Below, piece by piece: positions 1 through 11,300 of a stretch of 64,000 bases of DNA. Made by a program: the position numbers and the translations under genes. The stretch is from positions 19,371,723 through 19,435,722 of the forward strand of contig JASCQW010000137.1 of the NCBI GenBank assembly GCA_030264375.1, given 5' to 3'. The notes beneath the pieces were generated by a model. That model was not told the origin of the DNA. It saw nothing but the letters and a program-made list of their open reading frames with translations, and made no database searches. Positions within the stretch are counted from its first letter, which is position 1. Every line of letters begins with the position of its first letter. This DNA is from Carcharhinus longimanus (taxonomy: Eukaryota).

Positions 1-97
1 TGGTTGCCCATATGGAGGGACCTCTGCTACACCATCTCCAAGATCAGCACATGAAGGCAAAAGAGGGGCAAAAGATGTTTTCACTTTCCTGAGATAA
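1..97 (+). CDS. TBC1D16: TBC1 domain family member 16, 3' end of last coding exon (partial; gene starts before the window)
   Basis: Frame from nt 2 reads GCPYGGTSATPSPRSAHEGKRGAKDVFTFLR* (TAA 95-97). This matches the recalled human TBC1D16 C-terminus CPYGGTVEMPSPKSLREGKKGPK...DGFGFRR*. Position and orientation upstream of CBX4 agree with human synteny. Confidence 0.88.
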   Translation, partial: GCPYGGTSATPSPRSAHEGKRGAKDVFTFLR

Positions 98-3000
98 TCT
101 TTCCCAATTACCATATTTTTGCTGAAAACTCCAATTACTAAGCATTGTTTTGGAGGTAGTTACTTGATAGGGGCTGAACTTGATTACTTAGCAACCATAT
201 TTTTAGTAACAATGAGCTAGTATCGATACTTCTCCTGATACAGTTTTGGGCATCCCTGGGATTGATCCAGTTGTGCAAAATAGATTTATTTAATAGTTTT
301 CTGAACTTAGATGATTTGAGTTGAAGTAGTAAAGGTACACAAGGAGGGAGATGATAGTGACCTGAGCACTTTAACTTATAGAAATGTAAATGGGCATCTT
401 GGGAATTTCCATAAGTAGCCGAATCATAGTGTTTGATTTGAATGATTTTTTTTAGGGAAGGAAAGTCAATTTTCAAACATCTGAAAGATTTATGACATGT
501 TGCAAAAAATGCAGTTGACTCTTGGGAAAACTCTGTAAAGGTATAAATATGCTGTTTATTTGACAATTCCTATACAATGAAGCACTTCAGTGTTGAGTTA
601 AATATATTTTTTAAATTGCTGGTACCCAACAAACAACAGTATTGTCTGTAAATATCACTTAACCACATCTCTATCAAGAAAATGTTATACCTGAAAACGT
701 ATTGCCCTTAGCACAAAAGTAGCTAAATGCATTGCCTTTTCACATAATGGTGTTACCTAATTGTATACTGTCAGCTGAACTTTGGTCCAGCTGTGGATTT
801 GTGACAGTTGTGAGAATTCAGACACTTCTTGCAAAGGTAAAGCTCAAAAGGAGCCACCTTTGGAGAAAACTAAAACACCTCATTTACTAGATTATCCTGT
901 TTAAATTACCATGCCCTGATATAACCATTAATTATAGGACCAGAAGGCACCTTGAAATCTTTTTAGTGTTTCTGTCATTTTACTGGACACTACTTACCAT
1001 TTTGTAAAAGCAGTGTCCTTGAGCTTCTTTGATTGAAGGATACCTTTTCAATAGATTAGTAATCATGGACTTTCCCATCGAAATTCTAATAGTGCATAAT
1101 ACTTATGAAAATGCTGCATGTAAAGTGTCATTTAGCAATGCTTGACAAAACAGGTGTTTACTTATGGATATCAGAGAAGTGAATGTGCCTGCTTCTCACT
1201 GCCGTCTATCAGTCCTTTGTAAGTCAGTTCCACTTTAAAATCGACCTGTACTTTGTCTTGCTTTTTTCCAAAGCAGCAAGTGATATTTAACAAACGCAAG
1301 TTGTTGGGAAAGGTAACAACACTTTTGCAGCAACAGATGATCAAAACTGTGAAGGTGTTTGTTCTTGTAGCTTAATTTTCAGTGAGGAGTCACAGGCGAT
1401 TCCAACCATTCATTCCCCTTTTTGTTTTTCCATTTGAGCAACAAATTGACATAGCAAACATTGAAAATGAATCCTAAACCCAGTTGTACTTATCTGTGTT
1501 TATATTTTAAAAAGTGTCACTGAAGTACTCTGCCAATTTTGCAAGATGAGCAATTAGCTGTCATCATGTTTGCATCCAGAAACTCAGTCAGTAGCAGGAA
1601 CTCCGTTGCTCAGTCTGATTTTCCTAAATGTTTCAATATTGTCCCTTGGTTTGAGCAGGGTCGTATGGCCTTTGGATTTATTTGATTCAGCATTGTATGC
1701 AAAATTTGTCACCCACATGTGGTCAGAGATGTTTTCAGCTCATGCATGATTGTCCTCAAAAGCAAAGCTCAAAAACTTTTGCTTTGCCAGAAGATAACCA
1801 ATGTACTTCAATATGAAGCAATTGTCATGTCCTATACCCATTTCTGAATACTGCCTTGCAAACAAATGTTAATTTTGCAGGCTTGGACTTCATAAAATTC
1901 ACAGCTCTCAAAGCTATATTGAAAAGAGTACATTATTTAGATTCAATTCATTTTTAAGTAAGGCTGGGCATTACAGCATAGAATTTGTCACAATTACCTG
2001 CTGCTTTTTTCCTCTTGCCACACAATTTCTATTGCCTGCTATAGCATCAGCACCATCTGTGCAAACAGCAACACAGTGCTCCCATTTTAAGCAATTCTGA
2101 TTGCATGTAATTATTCAGTAGCTTGAATTTTTCCTGTTATTAATTCTAGTAATCCCTAACAAATTTCCCCAAATCAAACATAGTGAGCGTAAACTAATAA
2201 TTGTGCCATACTATCAGCTCATCTAGCTGAATTGCAAACTGCTTACATCCACAAAGCATTTCTGACAATTGACATTTTATATCTCAAATTCCTTGATTTT
2301 TTTCCACCAACTGTCCCATTAGAAAAGGGTATGGCCTTCACTCACCATCACAATCAGCTTTTAGCAAAACCCATTTGGAGGGATGTTTTCAGGGCCTTCT
2401 CCAAAACTGATGTAATATTTGTGACTTGAATTTTCTGACTGTTATTTTGCTTTTCTCATTCAAAGAAATTTTTCAGTTTACCTTTATGTTCCAGCTGCTT
2501 TGATCTGAGATGTCGCTTCAGTTTTGTTTATTTCATTGCTTCATTGGATAATTTTTTTAGTACACAACATATTGCAGCCATCCATCACTGAGCAGCACAA
2601 CATTCTCTGTTCTTCATCTGTTCCTCATTACAGGAATAAGTATTGTCCGTGGCTTCAGCTGAAGTACTTGCAATGGTGCTATGAGGCCATTTTAAATACT
2701 TTTATTTTAAAGTAATTTACTCCTAGGCTATCATAAATCTTTAAAGGTGTCTGTGTTGCACAGGAGATTGTAGTTGCCAGAATGACATACCACTAAATGT
2801 GTTCCAAAGGTAATATATACTTTTATTTGTTTTTATATTTGCTCTACTTGGCACCTGTGAGCTTTCACAGTGCAGTATCGCAGAGTATTCAGGTATTGTA
2901 AACAACAAATGGCTTTTACAGTTACACTAGGTAACATGGCTGCCTAGCAATATGGTGCCTTGGCGAACTTGTATTTTGGCATCATTTCTTTGCGTTTAAA

Positions 3001-3103
3001 TATATAATACCTTGTTTTTACTTGAAGTAAGTCCCATCTCTTAAACAAGACTGAACTGACCTAAAGCCCACAACCAACCTTGGTAATTGAGATTCTGGAT
3101 GGT

Positions 3104-3200
3104 AACAAAAACAGAAAATGCTGGAAAAACACTGGTCAGACCTGCTGAGATTTTCCAGCATTTTCTGTTTTTGTTTCAGATTCTGGTATTTTGCTTTTAT
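3104..3200. mobile_element. Penelope-type terminal-repeat fragment arranged as a fold-back inverted repeat
   Basis: Perfect 25-bp arms AACAAAAACAGAAAATGCTGGAAAA (3104-3128) and its reverse complement (3151-3175). Same family as the copies at 23.6, 32.1, 37.3, 59.5 and 63.0 kb. Confidence 0.65.
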
Positions 3201-4769
3201 TCCAGATAGCAAGCTTGATGCACTCAGCACTCCTTTGTGCCTCAACCTCCCCAAGGTAGAAAATAGTCAGCCTGCACCTCTGCCCACCGCTCATTTTTTT
3301 AACCTTGACCATGGCATTCCTAACCACTGAGCGCTGGGTGATTGCTCACCCATAAGTCCAGTCCTGTTTAGTAAGCATATTATTTTGCAAACCCATAGAA
3401 AGTCCTTGGAGTTCCATGGACCCCAGTCTGAAAACCATTGTATAAGGATTGATGATCCTGCAGTTGCAAATACTATTTAGATATTCAAAACTAATAGTTT
3501 TGCATGTGTGCTTTTGCCATTCAAATAGGTTGTCAGTGAAAAAATAGACTTATCTTCAGCTTGGCAAACCTGCTCCTGTAACCTTTATGTAACAAGCTAA
3601 AGATTTTTAGAATATTGTTTCATTTCTCTAATATTTAATAATCTTTTAAGCAGTTTCACCTTCACCTTTGGTTAATCAGGTATGGGATTGTAGCCCCAAG
3701 GTCACTGTGACATCTTCAGTCAAGTTCAAACTCCTTTCAATGTATTCTAGGGCATACTTTGCAGAAGATCAGATTTCAGATTCAAATACGTTTTGGCTGA
3801 CTAAAAAATCTCTCTTTATGACATATTTTATATAAAAATGATGGTACAACTAAGCAGTTGATTCCAGAAATAATTTATTTGATGAAAAGTGTAAGTTTAC
3901 TACTTGGGGAGAGATTGTAATGTCCATCAGTAGATGAGGAGCCAGGAAATAACTGCAGCAGATCTGTCAGTGACATTTTAACCCTGCTACTGTGTTTGCA
4001 TATGACTTCTGGGTTTTCTGAGCAAATGGTGTCAATGGGCATGATGGCACCTGCATCATTGTATGTCAGCTGAATTATTTAAAGGGATACTGAAAAGATG
4101 ATGAATTGTGGAGGTAAGGGGACACAGGAAGCAATTTTACTGAATTTCCACCATGTCAAGGTTGTGCCTCAATTCATAGATGCCTCCTTGGACTTCATGC
4201 TACAGTGTGCAAGGGCCTGGAGGGAGATCCTCTTCCCTATAGACAGAAGAAAGAAACTTGCCTCAGAGAACAATTGCTGAGGTTAGCAATAAACATATGA
4301 TGCCACACTCTTGAATGCAGAATAGGAAGTAGTTTAGTTATCAATTTAGATCTGGAAGGGTGAGTTTGATGGCACATTCAGCTACAACCTGTATGTGCAT
4401 ACAAGTCCAATCTCATTTTCTCTGTCTTCCAAAGCCTCTTCCTGCACATCATTCCTCACCCCAACTTGCCTTCCACGTGCATCTATTCCTGTATGTGCAC
4501 TGCCTTATAATATCCATTTGACAATTCACCACTGACACTCATCCTAATGCAGTGTCATGTTTTTCCCTCAGTGACCCTCAAAAACTTACGTTCATCACCT
4601 TTTGACACATACCATCACTGTTACCTATAGGTTCTCCTTTCCCTCCTTGTTGTTGAAGAAAGCACAAAATACCCGATGGAGGCAAAGAACTGGAAGTGAG
4701 TTTGTGCATGAAGATGTTGGGGGGGGTGAGGGGGAGGGTGTTGACTTGATGTCAGCAAGCAGTAGAAAA

Positions 4770-5350
4770 CAATCATGCACATAATAGTAACTTACTACAT
4801 TCTCCCCTTGACAGTTTGAATTCACTACTTTTATGTTGCACTGTCTCATCAAGTACTCTGCAGGAAATTGTGCAAGATAAGGACAAAGATTCCTTTAAAG
4901 TGGTCACACACTCTGAAAGTACACTATTATAGGACTCTTGCAGACCACGCTTTGGCTCAGATACACACTTTGGTGGGATTGATAAGTTATAGTTACGCAC
5001 ACAAATGAGCACGAGCTGATTTTGGGGACAGGGCGAGCAGTGAAGACTATCAGAGAGCACAGGATACCCAAGCTCTGCCCAGCCGGATGCATATACTGAA
5101 TCCCACTGAGTTGAAGACAGAGGATAATTCTGGAGCAGCAGCAAATAAATGTGTGAGATATTGGAAGAGTCTCCAACTGTGTTGTGCATGCTTGCAAATT
5201 GATTGGAGGGATCTGTCTGGAGAATGAGTGATAATCGACAATCCCTCGTGTCAAGTGGGTGTATTGCTGACTTGAGCAACTGCCCTCTTTTTCCACCTGT
5301 CTTGCAATTCTCTCTCAGTTGTTGATTAAAAGATCTTGACACCTTTCATA
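4770..5350 (-). mobile_element. Probable Gypsy LTR-retrotransposon fragment (integrase 3' region, PPT, start of 3' LTR)
   Basis: Minus strand shows a polypurine tract AAGGGGAGAA directly followed by TGTAG (about 4810-4795). Upstream decayed frames resemble the Gypsy integrase C-terminal SY.V....LRRN pattern. Confidence 0.4.
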
Positions 5351-5379
5351 ATGATGGATCACCATTTTGGTCATGAATA

Positions 5380-6412
5380 GGCAACTACTCCCCATCTGTT
5401 GATGTCAAAAGAGCAGTGGTTCATAGAGGCTTTCCAATTATATTTGAAATGTTTATTTTGGCTTCTATGCAAGCAGTCTCCCTGGCATAGCTCTGAGTAT
5501 TGCACCTATTTGGACTGTCTTGAGTCACGCATTCTGATGACGTGTCCCATCTATCGCAGCTTGTTGCTATGACTTGGAGAATGATCACGTTTATTCTTTT
5601 GACCTCTCACTTAATTTGCAGGATCTTTTTAAGACAGTGTTGATAATGTTGTTCTAGGGCCTTGATAAAGCATCTAGAAATTGTCCAAACTTCAGCACCA
5701 TGGAGGAATGTGGGGAGAATTACTGCCCATTTGACTTTTGAGCTTAGTGTAAAGTCTGATGGCATGATTCTTGAAAATCCAAGGAGGTAATGTACCATAG
5801 GCTAAGCTAGCATATTAGGCAAACTTTCAGGTTCTTAGGTGACTTGCCATCCCATGTGTAGAAAATGCTTGCATGATTTTTGTTTTGATGCGTTTACTAC
5901 ATGAGATGAATGGAGGCCAGGCTCTGCAGTGAATATCTGCTATGCCCATAAATTGTGAAAAGCATCAGTGGTGTACCTCTTCACCAATAATTTGGGATAG
6001 ATAGATTCCAAGATATGGGAAGTGAGAGATATTTTCCAATGCTGCACCATGAATCACAACTGAATTGGATTTGATGATGTCGGTCTTCAAGGCAAGTCCC
6101 CTGCTCTTGTAGGTTCTTGTATGCCCAGCTAAACTCTCAACATCATCCATCAGCTGCATAGAATGCAAGCACTTCACTATGGATACCTTCCCTATCAAAG
6201 CAGGCACCAAACAAGGGTGTCATTGCACTAATCTTTCTTGCAGTAACATGGCAGCTCACTACTAACAAGCTTCCTCCCAAGTGTGGTAATGACATTTTGC
6301 ACTGATGGTAAACTCTTCAAACTTAACTGGCTGAAGGCTAAAGCCAAGACAACAATCTTTTCTATAGTAGAGCTACAGTATGCTGATTACACACATGTTA
6401 GTTCTTCAGTGA
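5380..6412 (-). mobile_element. RTE-clade (BovB-like) LINE fragment with inverted 5' segment
   Basis: - strand: AVILPTFLHGAEVWTISRCFIKALEQHYQHCLKKILQIK and LENISHFPYLGIYLSQ. + strand 6180-6410: DTFPIKAGTKQGC...TDGKLF...LKAKAKTT...IVELQYAD (RT core). Confidence 0.8.
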
Positions 6413-8211
6413 GCACTATAACATAGGAGTGTGTGTCGTGATAACAGAGCTTTTGGAAAGAGTGACCTTTTACATGGAGTGTCAAGTGTATGCAGGCCTT
6501 CACCAATGGTTTTCACAATTTTTATGTTGAGATGAAAAAGGATAGATACCTAGTCTTAACTCTTCGGTACCTAACTGCTGTGCCACAAAGTTCTCTCCAG
6601 CTCGTTGCAAGCAGGGCAGAGCAGTGCACCATGAGAATGAAGATGGGGAAGGGGGTGTGGGGTAGTTAGGGACTCTGCTCAGAGCACCTCCAGTCGGTGC
6701 CCATGGGCTGTTTGGTTTCCAAATATCTTAGCTTACCACTGCACGGATGTGCCTTCTAGCTCTGCTGAAGTGACAGGGGCTGCATCACTTTTGAGTAGCA
6801 GAAAAAGAGCAGAGATAGTTGCATAAAAATATGCTTATGGATGTGTTTCACAATGTTATGTTATTAAGTTTCTGTTTAGTTTTTCGAGACATCTACAGAG
6901 TACTTATACCAACTTCCCACCTTGCCTGCTTTTGCTTGCTGCCTGCCAAATGGCGGCTTTACTTGTGATAAATGGCAAGAAAAGACCAAGACAAGCAATG
7001 GATATCTGTGAAAGGGATGTTTTGTTTGTTTTAGAGGGAAGGGTACAGTGATGTGGTAACTGGGTTCAGCATATGTTTGCCAGATGGCTACACTGGTACA
7101 ACCTAAAAGATTCTGCCTTCATGGGGGGGCACCCTGGGCAGCAATTTGAGGCGCTGCTGGTGCCATGGTCATGTCATGTCCCTCCTCTCTACGTTGCTAT
7201 TCCTGCAGTTCCAGTTGTCACTGATTTGTAGTGTAGAGTCATTACAAATCTGTCAAGGTACCCGAAGCTTCATCATCTGAGTTACTTGCTCTCAGACACA
7301 TCTTGGCATGTTATGGCTTTCATTCTGGTACTCATGGGTCTTATTGCTTGACCTCCTCCCAGGTGTCATCAGCATCATTTAAATCTTTGTCCTTCAGCAG
7401 CCAGCTGGTAATTCTGTTCCAAGAACTCTGGGAGGGTGAGCAGACAATGAATGCATCACAGCAGCTGCCTGGGAATCTTACACATTACGGCTAGTTCCAC
7501 GTGGAAGAGTGGAAACCGTTACTGTTCACAAACTCATTTGGATGGCTTGATTGCCATGTGTGCAGGCAGTAATGTCCTCCATGCCTGCGGGGACTGAAGT
7601 GCCTTATCCACCCTGTTAATCGCTTTTTGATTTGATGTTTTAAATTTCATTTTTGATTCAGGCAGTATCCTCAAAAAGGGCTGCCCCTTTAATTTGTCCC
7701 TCAGTTTGTTTGATTTTATTTTAATTGATTTGCCAAAATAGGACAATGATGTCCTACAAAACATTGCCACTGATGCAAACAATCAGAATGAGTGATGCTC
7801 GAGTTTGCAGCTCTGGCTGGCTTCTCTAAGTGTATGTGACTATCTTGGCTGGCAAAGATGGCATTGGTCACTTGTGTGATGCATTTATGGGCAACTGACT
7901 GCAAAATCATGCAAATATTTTGTGCAGATCCCTGGAGAGAACCTGTGGAAATTAAGTTGAAAGCAGTGGTTATTTTGACAAACACAGGTAAAGTCTGACC
8001 ATCAGATGCCCTTGGCAGCAGGTGGTCTTCCACCACGTTGCTAATGTTTGCGACGACCTGACAGGATGCCCCAAGCTTCTTGAGGCATTGGTATTAAGAT
8101 GGTACTAATCCTGTGGCTATACATACCCCGCGTTTAGGTCATCGCCTTCTGCAAAGCTGTACCTCCGTGTTCATCTGCATTCCAAGGTAAAGCAACACCC
8201 ATTCTGAGATA

Positions 8212-8304
8212 TAGTGAGAAGTCTCACCACACCAAGTTAAAGTTTTTTATTTAGTTTATTTGGAATCACGAGTTTTCAGAGCGCTGCTCCTTCATCAGGT
8301 GAGT
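8212..8304 (-). mobile_element. Penelope-type terminal-repeat fragment with hammerhead ribozyme core
   Basis: Minus strand reads ACTCAC CTGATGA A GGAGC AGC GCTCT GAAA AC TC GTGATT CCAAATAAAC. Related fragments lacking the core lie at about 9596-9640, 24916-25002 and 38263-38333. Confidence 0.7.
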
Positions 8305-11300
8305 GGGTCTTAGATCTTATTCTTAGATATCCAAGTCAGTTGAAAGTGGAGATCAGATGCACAAACCTCCAGTGCAGTAAAAGTCACTTCCAAAGCAGCA
8401 GAAGCCACTAAAAGCAAACTTTCAGAACGAGCCCTGTGAGCAAAAGCCTTTCACCAGGCAAGGAGGCAGGTGTGAAATCTCAGTACTCGGGGATTTTTGC
8501 CTGTTGTATGTACAGCCCCTTCAATTGCTGCTATTATCTTGCTTTGCTTTCACTGGAGAGTTTCAAGAAGGCTGGGACACCTGTGCACCCACAGTTAAAG
8601 TTGAAACCCCCTGTTAAGATAACTGTTAATTACCTCGTAACATATTTAAATTGACATCCTGCCTCTCCCAAGGGGCTTTCTTGCATGCAGCTGAGCAAGC
8701 TGCACTTAAATACAAATGTCGACAGGTTGGAACCGGCTTTCCAACGCAGTTGATTAAAACATTTTTAACCACCCACCACTCCCAACCAACCTGCTGTGTG
8801 AAGTTAAAATTTCTCCACTTGCCTTTTAAAATGCTGTTCAAATTATTGTAAAATATTGTAAAATACTTTCCCTGTCACTTTTTATGACTTTCTGTATTTA
8901 TCCTTCCCAATGCAATGATTCGTTTTAAAATTGTTTCTGAAATCTTAAAAGCTTTGGAAAGTCTCTGGAGATTTTGGACATTTTCAATTGAAGGTTGTAG
9001 TTTAAAAAACATACATTTGAGGTTGAGGGAATGGGGGCAGTGGCAAACGAATTTGAAATGTCAGTGTGGGTATTGATATCTTCATGTTGTCAAAATTTCA
9101 CAAGTGTGCTTATCAAAGTCCTACAATTTCAACAGAACAATACTGGGCTATATTGGCATCTAAGCTTTCTGGCCACACCCTAGATATCAGAAGTCATTGT
9201 TCCAATGCAGCACAATTTATTCTCATGTCCTAACTAGACTTCAGAATATTTCAAGGTTACATGTTTGAACTTCAAAAGATTCAAACACTTCAGTATCCCT
9301 CCATGATATCTCTAAATAGAATCCTTGCAAATTCTCCAGGGTTTTGTATTTTGATGTTTAAATACTTCATTGTTAAAGTAGTTGTGGTATCAGGTGGTTC
9401 GTATGTGGATTAAAAGAGGTGGCTACTGGAACACTAAAGATGAAATGGTCATTGTAAATATTTAAAAATTAATGAAAGTGGTTTTATCTCACCTGCTTTA
9501 GTTTGGATATAGCAGTCACATCATTGTCTTGTGTTACAAATTAGATTCTGTTCCTTTTCAAACCATTTATTATCAAACGTTCAAACGTTTACGATCAAAT
9601 AAACTGATTGGACTTTAACCTGGTGTTGTGAGACTTCTTACCCTTTTCAAACTGGCCATTGAAATTGAGGGTATTAATTTTTCTAAACTTTCAAACCGGC
9701 AACAATATGCTGTTGTTTTAATAAATCTGGCAGAAGATTATTTCAAATATAGCAAGCATTTCATTCTTTCCATATGTTTGGTTTCCATAACGCAAAGTCC
9801 AGTTCTTTCAATAATGGTGCTTTTGAAATGTTCTTTTATTGTTGATCTTATTTGAGTAAGATCCAGGGTTATTGTCTATAACATCAACTTGCTATTCTAT
9901 TACACCCCTTCCATTGCTCTCCAGGTAATAGCTGCAGAACTATAAAGATTATATTGATTGCTCAAAAATGGATGGAACGATGATTTTACAGAATTTAAAG
10001 CCTGTCTAAATGTTGCTTTAGGTCAGTAAAAGGCTTTAACGTTAATATTTAACATTAAAGATGAATTTTGCTCTCTTATAGTTGAAAGCAGTTACGTTAT
10101 TGTCAAGCAGAGAGTAATGGAACACCTTGAAACTATGCACTTATATTAAACATCAAAGTGCTTTGTTGTTATGTTGGAAGTCTGACTTTACCTTTCCCGT
10201 TATGAATCAAAATCTGTTATAAACTTGTCACATTAGGGTTTCAAGTAACATCTAGAGTTAGGTTATAGTATATCAACCTTAGTGAAGAGGGGACTGGCTG
10301 CTTGTTTGTGTTAGAACATGGCTCTTTCATGTCCAGAATTTAGGTTGTTCGATGTGATGGTAGTGTGTAATGAAGGGCTGAGTAATATTCACTCCGGGAA
10401 GGTTGGCTGTTTTATCTGATGATACCTGGTTGATGTGACCAATGCTTTCAACTAGAAATCAGGTGCTATAAAGGTTAGAAAGATGATTTAACTTGTTATC
10501 CGTGTTTGAAACTTCTGATTGTTTTTTAAGCTCCCTGATTGAAATTTGTGAGGAGTTTATTGTTTCAAATGGCAACAGAATCAGTGAAAATAGGAATTGG
10601 CAGTGAGCCCTAAATGATGAAGGGAAAAATCAGCAGGAGCATTTATGCAAAATTATTCTGGTTTCAAAACATTTAATCTTGTGAAAAGAAGCTTTTAAAG
10701 GGATGCATCTAACAATCTGGGACCATTATTTATGTTCCTACTTTTAGATGCTATATCTGAGCAGCAACTTGCAGTTATCTAGTGGTACTTTACATTTTTT
10801 TGATCATTAAAAGCCTATCTGGCAATTTCAACATCTTGAAATGATAACAATTTTCCTACCCATAGAGTTTGTGGTAGTATTAAAGTATGTACTGAATTAC
10901 CACTTTAAATCCTGTGGATAAAATTTCAGTCAATGTGCATTTACCATATATCAAAATGATGAATCAAGTATCCTGTTACAGTCCTTTCTATTTTTTAATG
11001 AATGTAGATTTCATATTGTACCTAATAAACTCAGCACTGTACGATAAACTCTTCAGAATGCTGAATTTGGATGGCAAGCAGAGTGTCACAAAGAGTTTTT
11101 TTAATAGGGGAATAATAAATGATGTCTGTTTCAAGTGATAGTTATTGTGATTTTCCAGAAAGAAATGTTCTGTGAACTCCAAACATTACTAACTTCATGT
11201 CAGGGTATGGGGATCACCCTGTTTACCCTGGAGCCCCCAGGCTCCCATCCAAATATCTGCTCCAGCCTGACAATCCCAACATCACTCCTAGCTGATGGCC

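Larger units (their letters stand above)
3970..8815. mobile_element. Degenerate PIF/Harbinger DNA transposon (Myb/SANT-like ORF on +, DDE transposase on -) with nested insertions
   Basis: + strand at about 4160-4260: VVPQFIDASLDFMLQCARAWREILFPIDRRK (Harbinger Myb-like). - strand at 7716-8036: LPVFVKITTAFNLISTGSLQG...ILQSVAHKCITQVTNAIF. - strand at about 7440-7600: HMAIKP / FVNSNGFHS / RFPGSCCDAFI (HARBI1-like). Weak possible TIRs GTGACATTTTAACC (3970) and AGTTAAAATTTCTC (8802-8815). Confidence 0.7.

Noticed and set aside
138-566. 142-aa minus-strand ORF
   Set aside because: Non-ATG start, antisense to the TBC1D16 3' UTR, no recognisable motif.
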